Shown here: positions 1 to 12,900 of the stretch, piece after piece
Layout of the letters: every line of letters begins with the position of its first letter
Numbering within the stretch: position 1 is the first letter of the stretch
Assembly (NCBI GenBank): GCA_950097015.1
Contig: CATNEN010000002.1
Location: 5,456,001 to 5,520,000, forward strand
Direction of reading: 5' to 3'
Source: Macrostomum hystrix
Taxonomy: Eukaryota > Animalia > Platyhelminthes
DNA length: 64,000 bases
Translations under genes and position numbers: made by a program
The notes under the pieces: model-generated
What the model was told of the DNA's origin: nothing
The model's input: the letters and a program-made list of their open reading frames with translations, nothing else
Database searches by the model: none

Positions 1-149
1 GATGAGGAAAGACCAACTGAAAGATTGACACCTGCTTTTGTGTGTCTGGTGGGCGCATGGAGACTGGAATACCTGTGAAAACATCGCGTCGAATGGGACA
101 TTTGATGGCACTCTATTTTATTTACTGTGATTGTCTCAAGTTCTCTAAC

Positions 150-745
150 ATTCCATTTCCCATCATTCTATTCCATTCCACATCATTATATTCTATTCCA
201 CATCATTCTATTCCATTCCCCATCATTCTATTCCATTCCACATCATTCTATTCCATTCCCCATCTTTCTATTCCATTCCCCATCATTCTATTCCATTCCA
301 CATCATTCTATTCCATTCCCCATCATTCAATTCCATTCCACATCATTCTATTCCATTCCACATCATTCTATTCCATTCCCCATCTTTCTATTCCATTCTC
401 AATCATTCTATTCCATTCCCCATCTTTCTATTCCATTCCCCATCTTTCTATTCCATTCCACATCATTCTATTCCATTCCCCATCTTTCTATTCCATTCTC
501 AATCATTCTATTCCATTCCACATCATTCTATTCCATTCCACATCATTCTATTCCATTCCCCATCTTTCTTTTCCATTCCACATCATTCTATTCCATTCCC
601 CATCATTCTATTCCATTCCCCATCATTCTATTCCATTCCCCATCATTCTATTCCATTCCCCATCTTTCTATTCTTTTCTCAATCATTCTATTCCATTCTC
701 AATCATTATATTCCATTCCCTATGATCCTATTCCATTCTATTCCA
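150..745. repeat. 20-bp minisatellite (TTCCATTCCMCATCATTCTA)
   Basis: About 30 tandem units are visible; they account for ORFs 42..725 and 127..831. Confidence 0.95.
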
Positions 746-1491
746 TCCGCAGTGATTCCAGTATCACGCCAATCCCACAGGCAGTGGAATTAATTTGTCA
801 TGCCCTGCCAGATGAATCTGGTAGGCACTAAGCACTGTCACAAAAAGCCTTTCATTTCAAAACGGAGCCATAAACAGGTTAATTCCGCTAATTATCATGC
901 GTAGTTAGGCTTTCCGAAAATCGGCGCGGCTTGCTTGTATCGAAGGCGGTCTACCCTCGGGGTTGGGGTGGCTGGCTGGCTTTGTTCCGCTCCGTGACTC
1001 ATATTTTGCCGAACCATTGCAATATAGGATTTCCGTTCTAAGTGAAGCCCTGATTAGGGAGGCCATCTGCTTTAGGAAACTGACACTGGGCTTTTGCCGA
1101 TTGGCCAATTGGGCGACAACCAATTAGAATGCAGGTCTGTGAGAAAAAAGCTTTTCTTGGCAAACTCGTATTTTTTGTTAATCTGAAGAAACGCAGCTGC
1201 TATACTACTTACAATATGAGAGGGTCGATAAAATTCATTGATTGAATTATGCCATCTGTATAGTATAGGCTGTAAGTATGGGAGAAGTTATTTTATTACT
1301 TACATCTTGCGATCACTAACAACAGTAAAGGGTGGGGCTTTAGGCTATAGATGTGACACACAAGGGCATTGTGCAAAGGGGCCACTTGAAAGTAGAGCTT
1401 TGGGAGCAGCAATTCAGAAATAGGATATATTGGGAAATAAAACAACCGCTTTGTAGGAGAGATGAAAAATTGTGATGCCAGAGGAAGTGGG

Positions 1492-3154
1492 AGGGGAGAC
1501 AGGAGAGAGGAGACAGGAGAGAGGAGAGAGACAGGAGAGGGGAGAGAGACCGGAGAGGGGAGATACAGGAAAGGGGAGAGACAGGAGAGAAAAAAGAGAC
1601 AGGAGAGAAAAGAGACAGGAGAGAGAGGAGAGAGACAGGAGAGAGGAGAGAGACAGGAAAGGGGAGAGACCGGAGAGAAAAGAGAGACTGGAGAGGGGAG
1701 AGAGACAGGAGAGGGGAGAGACAGGACAGGGGAGAGACAGGAGATGGGAGAGACAGGACAGGGGAGAGACAGGAGAGGGGAGAGAGACAGGAGAGGGGAG
1801 AGACAGGAGAGGGGAGAGATAGAAGAGGGGAGAGATAGAACAGGGGAGAGACAGGACAGGGGAGAGACAGGAGAGGGGAGAGACAGGAGAGGGGAGAGAC
1901 AGGAGAGGGGAGAGACAGGAGAGAGGAGAGAGACAGGAGAGGGGAGAGAGACAGGAGAGGGGAGAGACAGGAAAGGGGAGAGACAGGAGAGAAAAAAGAG
2001 ACAGGAAAGGGGAGAGACAGGAGAGAAAAAAGAGACAGGAAAGGGGAGAGACAGGAGAGAAAAAAGAGACAGGAGAGAAAAGAGACAGGAGAGAGAGGAG
2101 AGAGACAGGAGAGAGGAGAGAGACAGGAGAGACGAGAGAGACAGGAGAGAGGAGAGAGACAGGAAAGGGGAGAGACCGGAGAGAAAAGAGAGACTGGAGA
2201 GGGGAGAGAGACAGGAGAGGGGAGAGACAGGACAGGGGAGAGACAGGAGATGGGAGAGACAGGACAGGGGAGAGACAGGAGAGGGGAGAGAGACAGGAGA
2301 GGGGAGAGACAGGAGAGGGGAGAGATAGAAGAGGGGAGAGATAGAACAGGGGAGAGACAGGACAGGGGAGAGACAGGAGAGGGGAGAGACAGGAGAGGGG
2401 AGAGACAGGAGAGGGGAGAGACAGGAGAGGGGAGAGACAGGAGAGGGGAGAGACAGGACAGGGGAGAGACAGGAGAGGGGAGAGACAGGACAGGGGAGAG
2501 ACAAGACAGGGGAGAGACAGGAGAGGGGAGAGACAGGAGAGGGGAGAGACAGGACAGGGGAGAGACAGGAGAGGGGAGAGAGACAGGAGAGGGGAGAGAG
2601 ACAGGAGAGGGGAGAGACAGAACAGGAGAGAGACATGAGAGGGGAGAGACAGGAGAGAGGAGAAACAGGAGAGGGGAGAGACAGGACAGGGGAGAGACAG
2701 AACAGGTGAGAGACAGGACAGGGGAGAGACAGAACAGGGGGGAGACAGGAGAGGGGAGAGACAGGAGAGGGGAGAGAGACAGGAGAGGGGAGAGACAGGA
2801 GAGGGGAGAGACAGGAGAGAGGAGAAACAGGAGAGGGGAGAGACAGGACAGGGGAGAGACAGAACAGGTGAGAGACAGGACAGGGGAGAGACAGAACAGG
2901 GGGGAGACAGGAGAGGGGAGAGACAGGAGAGGGGAGAGAGACATGAGAGGGGAGAGACAGGAGAGAGGAGAAACAGGAGAGGGGAGAGACAGGACAGGGG
3001 AGAGACAGAACAGGTGAGAGACAGGACAGGGGAGAGACAGAACAGGGGGGAGACAGGAGAGGGGAGAGACAGGAGAGGGGAGAGAGACAGGAGAGGGGAG
3101 AGACAGGAGAGGGGAGAGATAGAACAGGGGAGAGACAAGACAGGGGAGAGACAG
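1492..3154. repeat. Purine-rich minisatellite, about 16-bp unit (GGGGAGAGACAGGAGA and variants)
   Basis: Tandem GA-rich units with internal duplicated blocks; the source of the low-complexity ORFs 1296..3310. Confidence 0.95.
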
Positions 3155-3957
3155 TAGAGGGGAGGGAGGGAGGGGTAGTGACGGCAGAGGAATGGAAGGC
3201 ACAGAGATTGCGCATTCGGGTTGGCTTGGGGTTCGGGCAGTCACGGCTGCTGCAAAGTGGAGTACAATGTCTATTTGCCTACATTTTTCTACACTAATAC
3301 GTATGCGCATACTATGGCAAGCATATGGCTAATGATTAAATTCTCTGCTTAACATAAATTGCTACAGCGCGCAGAGAAAAGCAAATGGCAAAACGCACGC
3401 CACACTCAGCCCCACTGCAGTGGAAACAAAAAATGTAATGTGGCTGCACGGCGAGAGTTGGGTGGGAAGACTGAGAGCGGCAAGGCACTATTTTCCCTAT
3501 TCAGTTTCGTGATCGCAGTATTAGATATATTTAATATCCATGGCTATGCACACAGAATGGCTGCGAATGCGCACAACCGGTCTGTCTGATGCGTTGTACT
3601 GGCGCTCTGCTTTAGGAGACAGAGAAAGAAAGTGGAGAGAGTTGGAGGAATGGGCATTTCGTGTCCGCCAGGCCCGCCAGTGTACACCCGCCACCACCCC
3701 CGCAACATCCGCCGCAGTACCAACTAATACCACCAAGCACCAACGGCAGACAGCAAACTGCTTTGCGCCTGGCGGGCCAAGCTTCTATTGGAAACAGAGC
3801 CGAACTGCCCTTGCTGTGTGACCTCAGCCATCGGTCAGTCACCCCAGCCCCTCCTAACCTGACTGAAGCCTTAGTAAAGTGGCGACTGAATCGCAGGCAG
3901 TGATTTTTTGCGACAAAACCTCACTGAGAGATCCAGTCCCATTCTAGCGCTGAGAAA

Positions 3958-6900
3958 ATGGGTTCCAGCGAATTGGATAGCATTCTAGATAGCCTGCATG
4001 CTCTGCAGATGGATCTGGACTTGTGCCTGCAGCAGCCTCAGCAGCCTCAGCAGCAGCAGCAGCAGCTTCCTCCACCGCCTCCGCCACAGCCTCTGTCGAC
4101 ACAAAAGTTGCATCAGCAGCAACAGCAGCAACAGCAGCCAGCGCCCCAAACACCACCGCCACCGCTGCAATTGTCGACGCAAAAGCAGCAGCAGCAGCAG
4201 CAGTTCTTGGAGGCACTGCTTGAAATTGACGAGAGTCACGATGACTTTCCTCCACCGCCGCCGCCGGAAGAGGTGGGTGTTTTGAGAGCCTCTAGTAACA
4301 AACAGAAGCATGGAAATGAGGACAATTCTCAATAGGGCCACAAATGCAGCCGACAGCACAGCCGCAGCTATTGCGCGGCGTATCAAAAGGCTGCGTACGG
4401 CTTTTCAGTCCATGGACTGGGGGACGCCACACCCACCCTCAATTACCCCAGCTAATGCTGAGGTGACCAGGTTGAGCAGAAGCAATGCAGGGTTAAGTGT
4501 CTTGCTAAATGACACAAATTGTTCCAGTGGAGTCAGGATTCGAACCCATGGCCTTCAAGTCCTGAGTCCGACGCGTTAACCACCAGGCTTAAAATATCAT
4601 TTCATTCTTCGATAAAAAAACTCTGGAAATTTTGTTGCGCCGGAAATTCGAATCAATCCAGTTCTTTCTGTTTTTAGTCAAGTAAAAATGACCTTCTTTG
4701 ACGTTTTTACAATGCAATATTTTTCTAGGTCTATTTTGTGAAAATGTGACGCCGCTTTAACTCAACACCCCGCAAACTCCCATCGCTCTGGAGACACCGA
4801 ATACTGCGAGCTAGCTTTCCTTCACCTCTCCTTGCAGCTGACCCAGTTTCCGGAACACTCAGGCCTGCAAGCGGACTATGCCGCAGCGGCAGCAGCTTCA
4901 GCTTTCGATGCTGCATCAAACGATTCTGGAATTCATGCTGAGTCACCCACAATGACTGTGAGACGAAATGCAACGGCTAATACTAACACGCCTAATTCTT
5001 TGGCTCATTCTGGCCCAAAGTCACCGGCGAAAGTACAAACTAATTCTCTGGTCAATCAGCTAGTACAGCGAGCTCAACCAGTGATTCGTTCCCATTCAAC
5101 GACATCCCAGTCGACAAGTCAAGTCAGAGTTGGCAGTCGGGGAACAACGAATGATGTAGCAGATGCTGCTGCTGCTGCTGCTGCTGCTGCCACTTCACCT
5201 AGGCGCCCGCATCCGCTCCGGTACCAGGTCTCGATGCCTGAGTCCAGCTGTGTTCCCGCTGCCTCCGACAGTGACGGAATGCTGCCCAGCCTGATGTCAG
5301 TCACTCTGCCCGATGAGAAGCAGCAGAAGACGACTCAGAAACAGCAGCAGCAGAGCAAGCAATCATCCTTGCCGCAGTCGCAAGGTCGGGTGTTGCAGCC
5401 TGGAACAATCGCCATCACCGAAGGCTCAGATTTCTACCAGTCCAGCATGCAGGAGCGAATCAGAGTGATGGACCAGCTGTTTAATAAGTCCAATCTGACC
5501 AGGGTGAGCCTACTCATGCTGAGTCCATCCTGTGAGATTATTGCAATTTACTAAGGATTGCAACTAAAAAAATGTTAAAATGGCTCTTGATTAGTAGAAT
5601 GGCACTTGATTAGTGGAAAATGACACTTGATTAGTTGAAAATGGCTCTTGATTCATGGAAAATGGCACTTGATTAATAGAAAATGTCACTTGATTAATAG
5701 AAAATGGCACTTGAATAATAGAAAGTGGCACTTGATTAATAGAAAATGGCACTTGAATAATAGAAAATGGCACTTGAATAATAGAAAATGGCACTTGATT
5801 AATAGAAAATGGCACTTGATTAATAGAAAATGGCACTTGATTAATAGAAAATGGCACTTGAATAATAGAAAATGGCACTTGAATAATAGAAAATGGCACT
5901 TGATTAATAGAAAGTGGCACTTGATTAATAGAAAATGTCACTTGATTAATAGAAAATGGCACTTGATTAATAGAAAATGGCACTTGAATAATAGAAAGTG
6001 GCACTTGATTAATAGAAAATGTCACTTGATTAATAGAAAATGGCACTTGATTAATAGAAAATGGCACCGAAAAGCAAAAAGGCTCATGATTAGTTATAGA
6101 AAAATGGCAGAAATTATGTTTCTGGCATTAATCTGGCATCGCAGAGGAAACCTGATGGCTGTAAGCGTTAGTGAACAATTTTTATTTTAGTTTAAACTTT
6201 CAGCTTGTCGAGCTCGATGATCAGATGATTAGCTAGCTAAACCCGAGGCAACCAGATGCAGATGCAAACTTTGTTTCAATTTGGGCCAGTAAAACTTATT
6301 AATAACTGAATGAATTATGTAGCAGTCCCGATTTCGTGTTTACGCAGCTACAAGCTACACTGGATGGCCAGTTTAGCAGAATTGTATCTGGAAAAGATAC
6401 ATTTCTGCAAGCTCTATTTGTAATCTATTTGTAATCTATTTGTAATCTATTTGTAATCTGCAGGCAGTTGTGTATACTATTTGCGAGTGCTAAATTTCAG
6501 ATGGCTGTAAGAATTCACTGCCTGGACAGAACCACCAAAATGCTTTGCCTCGACGAGAGATCCAAGACTGGCCTGGTGTGCACCATGATGGCCAACAAGA
6601 GCCTCACGGATAGGCGGCTGAACCACTGCATTGTGGAGAAACTGCCTGATATGAAAATGGGTGCGCAACTAAAGTTTGGGGATAATTCTGTGGGATAATT
6701 ATGCTGTATAGCTGAGAACATTGAGAAAAACTCAATTCCCGGCCACCTCACTCCGCATCACGCATCTGTACTTCCCCATCCTCTCTTCCCCATCCTCTCT
6801 TCCCCATCCTCTCTTTCCCATTATCTCTTCCCATCCTCTCTTCCCCATTATCTCTTCCCATCTTCTGTTCCCCATTATCTCTTCCCATCCTCTCTTCCCC

Positions 6901-9900
6901 ATCCTCTCTTCCCATCCTCTCTTCCCCATCTTCTCTTCCCCATCCTCTCTTTCCCATCCTCTCTTCCCCATTATCTCTTCCCTGTTATCTCTTCCCCGTT
7001 ATCTCTTCCCCGTCCTCTCTTCCCATAAATCCGTCTGATCCCATAAGCATAAATTAATGTTTAATCTTTTGGCATTCTAGCCTTCAATGTTTTTAATGTT
7101 AATCTCCAACCAGAATGTGACGCCACAAATTAAGCTCCAGCAAAGCTAATTAAACAGTAAGGCACTGCGACACGAGAGCGGACACCGTCAAGGCATGTGG
7201 CGAATTCATAAATGATTACCCAACTAGAAGTTTAATGAAACCCTCTCTAAGGAAAAGCTCAGCGGGGCAAAAAGGCTGATAATTGTGCGCCCCTTATTAC
7301 GTAATAATGGCAAGATTAACAAAAAATAGGCGAGAATAGGTGAGAAGGCTGCAGGGGGAAGGAGAGAGAAAGTATTAGGTGTGAATCTCTCGCGGCCTTT
7401 GTCCAGCGATTCTCTGAGGGGCGGCTTTGTGATTATCAGTGACGTCACTGCAGCTTTCAAGACATTGACTAGTGTAGAATAACCAGCCAGCCAGGCCTAC
7501 TTATGGAATCAGTCACGTGACCCACTGCTCAGGTTTAACTTGAGCCCTGATAAACTCAAGTCCTCTTCTCAGCTGGGTTGATCAACACGACAGGCCAATA
7601 TGCGAATTATATCTCAGGGTACTCTATAATTTACATGCCTAATTGACAATCCCTCCTGATACCTCCTTCTGATTCTCCTTTTCTCCACCCTATTCTCCCA
7701 CTCTCCCTACCGATTCTCCCACTCTCCCTACCGATTCTCTCACCCCCTACCGATTCTCTCACCCCCCTACCGATTCTCCCACTCTCCCTACCGATTCTCT
7801 CACTCTCCCTACCGATTCTCCCACCCCCCTACCGATTCACCTACTCTCCCTACCAATTCTCCCACTCTCCCTACCAATTCCCCCACTCTCCCTACCAATT
7901 CCCCCACTCTCCCTACCAATCCCCCACTCTCCCTACCAATTCCCCCAATCTCCCTACCAATTCCCCCACTCTCCCTACCAATTCCCCCCTCTCCCTACCA
8001 ATTCCCCCCCTCTCCCTACCAATCCCCCACTCTCCCTACCAATTCCCCCAATCTCCCTACCAATTCCCCCACTCTCCCTACCAATTCCCCCCTCTCCCTA
8101 CCAATTCCCCCACTCTCCCTACCAATTCCCCCACTCTCCCTACCAATTCCCCCACTCTCCCTACCAATTCTCCCACTCTCCCTACCAATTCCCCCACTCT
8201 CCCTACCAATTCCCCCACTCTCCCTACCAATTCCCCCACTCTCCCTACCAATTCTCTCACTCTCCCCCACCAATTCTCTCACTCTCCCCCACCAATTCTC
8301 TCACTCTCCCTACCAATTCCCCCACTCTCCCTACCGATTCTCTCACTCTACAAACCGATTCTCCCACTCTACAAACCGATTCTCCCACTCTACAAACCGA
8401 TTCTCCCACTCTACAAACCGATTCTCTCACTCTCCCTACCAATTCCCCCACTCTCCCTACCAATTCTCTCACTCTCCCTACCAATTCCCCCACTCTCCCT
8501 ACCAATTCTCTCACTCTCCCTACCAATTCCCCCACTCTCCCTACCAATTCTCTCACTCTCCCTACCAATTCCCCCACTCTCCCTACCAATTCTCCCACAT
8601 TCACCTCACGCACTCCCTCCCACCGCACGCAGAGCGCATAGTGGAGGACCATGAGCTGCTCGGGGACACCCTGCTAGCCTGGCCAGCCAACTCCAAGAAT
8701 ATGCTGTTCTTCGAGGACCGGGAAGAGAAATTCGGCGCCCTCACAAACCCGGATGTGAGAGATTGGATTAGAATCCGCACTCCCCAATGGCTGCCCAATA
8801 CAGTAACTTGTTTCATTTGAAATCCCATTGCAGCTCTACCTTGGCGGAGCATTTGCGCTAGAGAGAGGCGAGTCAGCTCAGCAACAGCTCAGCCGGGTGA
8901 TCAACGTGAGTCCTGCTGCTCAGACTGGCTGCATGGGATTGGGGAGATGAGACACGGGAGAGATGAGACACGGGAGAGATGAGACACGGGAGAGATGAGA
9001 CAGGGGAGAGGTGAGACACGGGAGAGATGAGGCACAAGAGAGATGCATTGGAAAGATCAGGCACGAGATGACCTTTCGGGGGTTGCCGACCTCGGGGGCT
9101 TAAAATAACAAAGCGCAAAGGCTACCAAAGCTATTATCATTGCGTCAACTGGATCTGGGATATTTCTCCCCAAAGGCCGTGAACCCTTCAGTTGGAAGTT
9201 TTTTGCCAACTGATAAACCGATAGCGCCATCTGTTATCCTTGGGCAACACATCTGCCCCTCCCCCAGGCGGCTATGGGATATTTCTGGCTCAGATTTTAT
9301 AATCCCCACAATCCAAAAACTGGCGGTCCGTGATTCCGGGAATCGCCACACGAAACGCCACCCCAATCAGATAGATTATCGCCCCTGAGATGCAATCAAT
9401 CTTTTCAATCAAATCGTTACTTGTCGAGTGTGTGTGCTCAAGCAACTGCTCAAGAGGCGGTGAACATTTGAGAGGGTTTGGCCCCAGCTCTCGGATGCCG
9501 GCACGTGTGAATCACGAGACAGGAAATGTTCTGTGCATTCTAAAGGCACTTCGGCTCGACACACTTGATGAGTAGCTCTGGCCCATAGAGTGTTGCCCAG
9601 CCATAGAACCGATTATCGATTAGCAGGGAAGCGAGGCTTGCTTTTTCGAATGTCAATCAATCCGACAATGCTTAAAACTCTCCCCAGGACCTGTTTGAAG
9701 GAGAGGGCAGCGTGCCAGCGATGAAGGAGATTCTGCACGTGAGACTGGCCGGCACCAAGGTGTGGAAGAAGCGGCTCTGCAGCCTGCGCACCTCCGGCAT
9801 CTACGCTGTCAAGAAGGGCAAATCGGTGCGTGACAGATGATAAAAATAATGTACTAAACTTTGTACAAAGACTGTTTACTACACTATGTACAAAGACTGT

Positions 9901-12900
9901 GTACTAAACTTTGTACAAAGACTGTGTACTAAACTGTGTACAAAGACTGTGTACTAAACTATGTACAAAGACTGTGTACTATGATGACCAGATTCAATAG
10001 TCAATGACCAGATTCGATAGTTAATGACCAGATTCCATAGTCCATGACCAGATTCGATAGTCAATGACCAGATTCGGTGGTTAATCACCCATATCATATG
10101 TACGGTTGTGTATCGTGACCTAATTTTTAACCACAGGAGCTGAAGTTGGTGACCAGCCTGTCGGGCTATCACCTGTTCACTACCCTGGGTGGCTGGACAT
10201 CAAAAGGCAAAATTGAGTCACCAACGCCGCACGGATTTGCGCTTAAGGTGAGCAACTGCTCGACACTGGGTCATGAGATACTGGGTCATGAGATACTGGG
10301 TCATGAGATATTTGACGACGAATCAATATTATAATCGACTAACTTTAAATGGACTAAGCATTCAAAAAAAGTTAACAAAAATGATTCGAATCAAACACTC
10401 AATTCATGACCAAAAAACTTAATGTATGACCAAATGACTCAATCCGTGACCAAAAAACCCAAACCATGACCTAAAAACTCAATCCATGACCTAAAAACTC
10501 AATCCATGACCTAAAAACTCAATCCATGACCTAAAACTCAATCCATGACCTAAAAACTCAATCCATGACCTAAAAACTCAATCCATGACCTAAAAACTCA
10601 ATCCATGACCTAAAAACTCAGTCTATGACCCAAAGACTCAATCCATGACCTAACAACACAATTCATGACCTAACAACTCAATCCATGACCTAAAGACTCA
10701 CTCAATCCATGACCTAAAGACTCAATCCATGACCTAACGACTCAATCCATGACCTAACAACTCAATCCATGACCTAACAACTCAATCCATGACCTAAAAA
10801 CTCAATCCATTACCTAACAACTCAATCCATGACCTAACAACTCAATCCATGACCTAAAGACTCAATCCATGACCAAAAACTCAATCTATGACCTAAAGAC
10901 TCAATCCATGACCTAAAGACTAAATCTATGACAAAAAACTCAATCCATGACCTAAAGACTAAATCTATGACGAAAAACTCAATCTATGACCAAAAACCCA
11001 ATCTATGACCTAAAGACTCAATTAATGACCTAAAAACTCAATTCATGTAAAAAACTCCGAAGAAAAGTACCCAATCAATAACCCAAAAACCTTAAGAGAA
11101 AATCCTTAATATAAAATGAGCCAGAAAATAGTTTGAAAATTCGTGCCATAAACTAATGACCAAAAAACTATGACCCACTTGGTTTTACTCAATGACCTAA
11201 GCTCCAAATCTTCTAAATGAAGCTCCGTCAACCCTCACCGACCCACCGCAGGCCCTCCAAACGCACAGCCTGCAGTCCAAGCTGATAAATTACTTCGCTG
11301 CGCCAAACGAAGTTGCCATGAAGCGCTGGTGCACCGCCATCCGCATCGCATTGGTGAGTGGTCTGACAGCTTCACAATAAACACTCTGTGAGACCACTGA
11401 GTGAGAGATGAGACAGGGGAGAGATGAGACACGGCAGAGATGAGACACGGGAGAGATGAGACACGGGAGAGATGACACACGGGAGAGATGAGACACGGGA
11501 GAGATGAGACACGGGAGAGATGAGACACGGCAGAGATGAGACACGGCAGAGATGAGACACGGGAGAGATGAGACACGGGAGAGATAAGACACGGGAGAGA
11601 TGAGACACGGGAGAGATGAGACACGGGAGAGATAAGACACGGCAGAGATAAGACACGGGAGAGATGAGACACGGCAGAGATAAGACACGGGAGAGATGAG
11701 ACACGGCAGAGATGAGACACGGGAGAGATGAGACACGGGAGAGATGAGTCACGGCAGAGATGAGACACGGGAGAGATGAGACACGGGAGAGATGAGACAC
11801 GGCAGAGATGAGACACGGGAGAGATGAGACACGGGAGAGATAAGACACGGGAGAGATGAGACACGGGAGAGATGAGACACGGGAGAGATGAGACACGGGA
11901 GAGATGAGACACGGGAGAGATAAGACACGGCAGAGATGAGGCACGGGAGAGATGAGTCACGGCAGAGATGAGACACGGGAGAGATGAGACACGGCAGAGA
12001 TGAGACACGGGAGAGATGAGACACGGGAGAGATAAGACACGGGAGAGATGAGACACGGGAGAGATGAGACACGGGAGAGATGAGACACGGCAGAGATGAG
12101 ACACGGGAGAGATGAGACACGGGAGAGATGGCACACGGGAGAGATGAGACACGGGAGAGATGAGACACGGGAGAGATGAGACACGGGAGAGATGAGACAC
12201 GGGAGAGATGAGACACGGGAGAGATGAGACGGCAAAGATACGAGAGTTGATACAGGTGAGATTCTATGGTTATTATCTGTCCTTACTATGCTGCGGGTCA
12301 GAGCTATTTTCCAGGCACAAAGCAAAACTGATCTGCAGTTTAGTTCTGAATATAATTACTCCAGAATTCCTAGAAAAGCAATCATGGGACAGAGAGAATA
12401 GCCTATTCTAATCCTACATCGCGTGTGGGAAATTTCAAGTCTGCCGTTTAATATTGAAGAGAATTAAAAAAGCAGAATAATTATCTTGAGGGAGGCGAGC
12501 GAAATAAAAAAGTGGTTCACTCAATTCAATCACAAGTGAATGCAGGCAGGTAGGAGGGATGGTGTCTTGTTGTGCTTGACATTGTGTCTAAGGATTGAGG
12601 GCACGGGAGTTTTTCTTAGATAGGCGGCAGTTTTGTAGCTTTTTTAAATCTCAGGGCGAATGAATTAAACCCGTGTAAAATTCTAGCAGTTTGACATTGA
12701 ATAAATCGGGGATGCTTAAGAATCCTAAATTTAGGTTACTGTTCGGATGCTTAAGAATCCTCAATTTAGGTTACTGTTCGGATGCTTTAGAATCCTAAAT
12801 TTAGGTTACTGTTCAGATGCTTTAGAATCCTAAATTTAGGTTACTGTTCGGATGCTTTAGAATCCTAAATTTAGGTGATTGTTCGGATGCCTTAGAATCC

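Noticed and set aside
753-820. Possible small exon (CCGCAG|...CTG|GTAGGC; DSSITPIPQAVELICHALPDES)
   Set aside because: It has splice-like ends, but there is no partner exon or homology that I can support inside the window.
905-1123. 72-aa minus-strand ORF
   Set aside because: No recognisable domain or splice context, and its length is within chance expectation.
1296-3310. Three 570-650-aa ORFs (LSPLSC.. and ERGET.. repeats)
   Set aside because: They lie entirely within a purine/pyrimidine minisatellite that lacks stops in most frames. There is no non-repetitive coding signal.
4500-4590. Possible tRNA gene on the minus strand
   Set aside because: A and B boxes are present, but I could not fold a proper acceptor stem, and it runs into a SINE-type body. 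It is treated as a SINE head.
12208-12411. Candidate MRL exon after the 16-bp array (strong CAG|GTGAGA at 12256)
   Set aside because: It has no good acceptor and no similarity to the post-PH helix. The 14496 exon fits the family motif much better.
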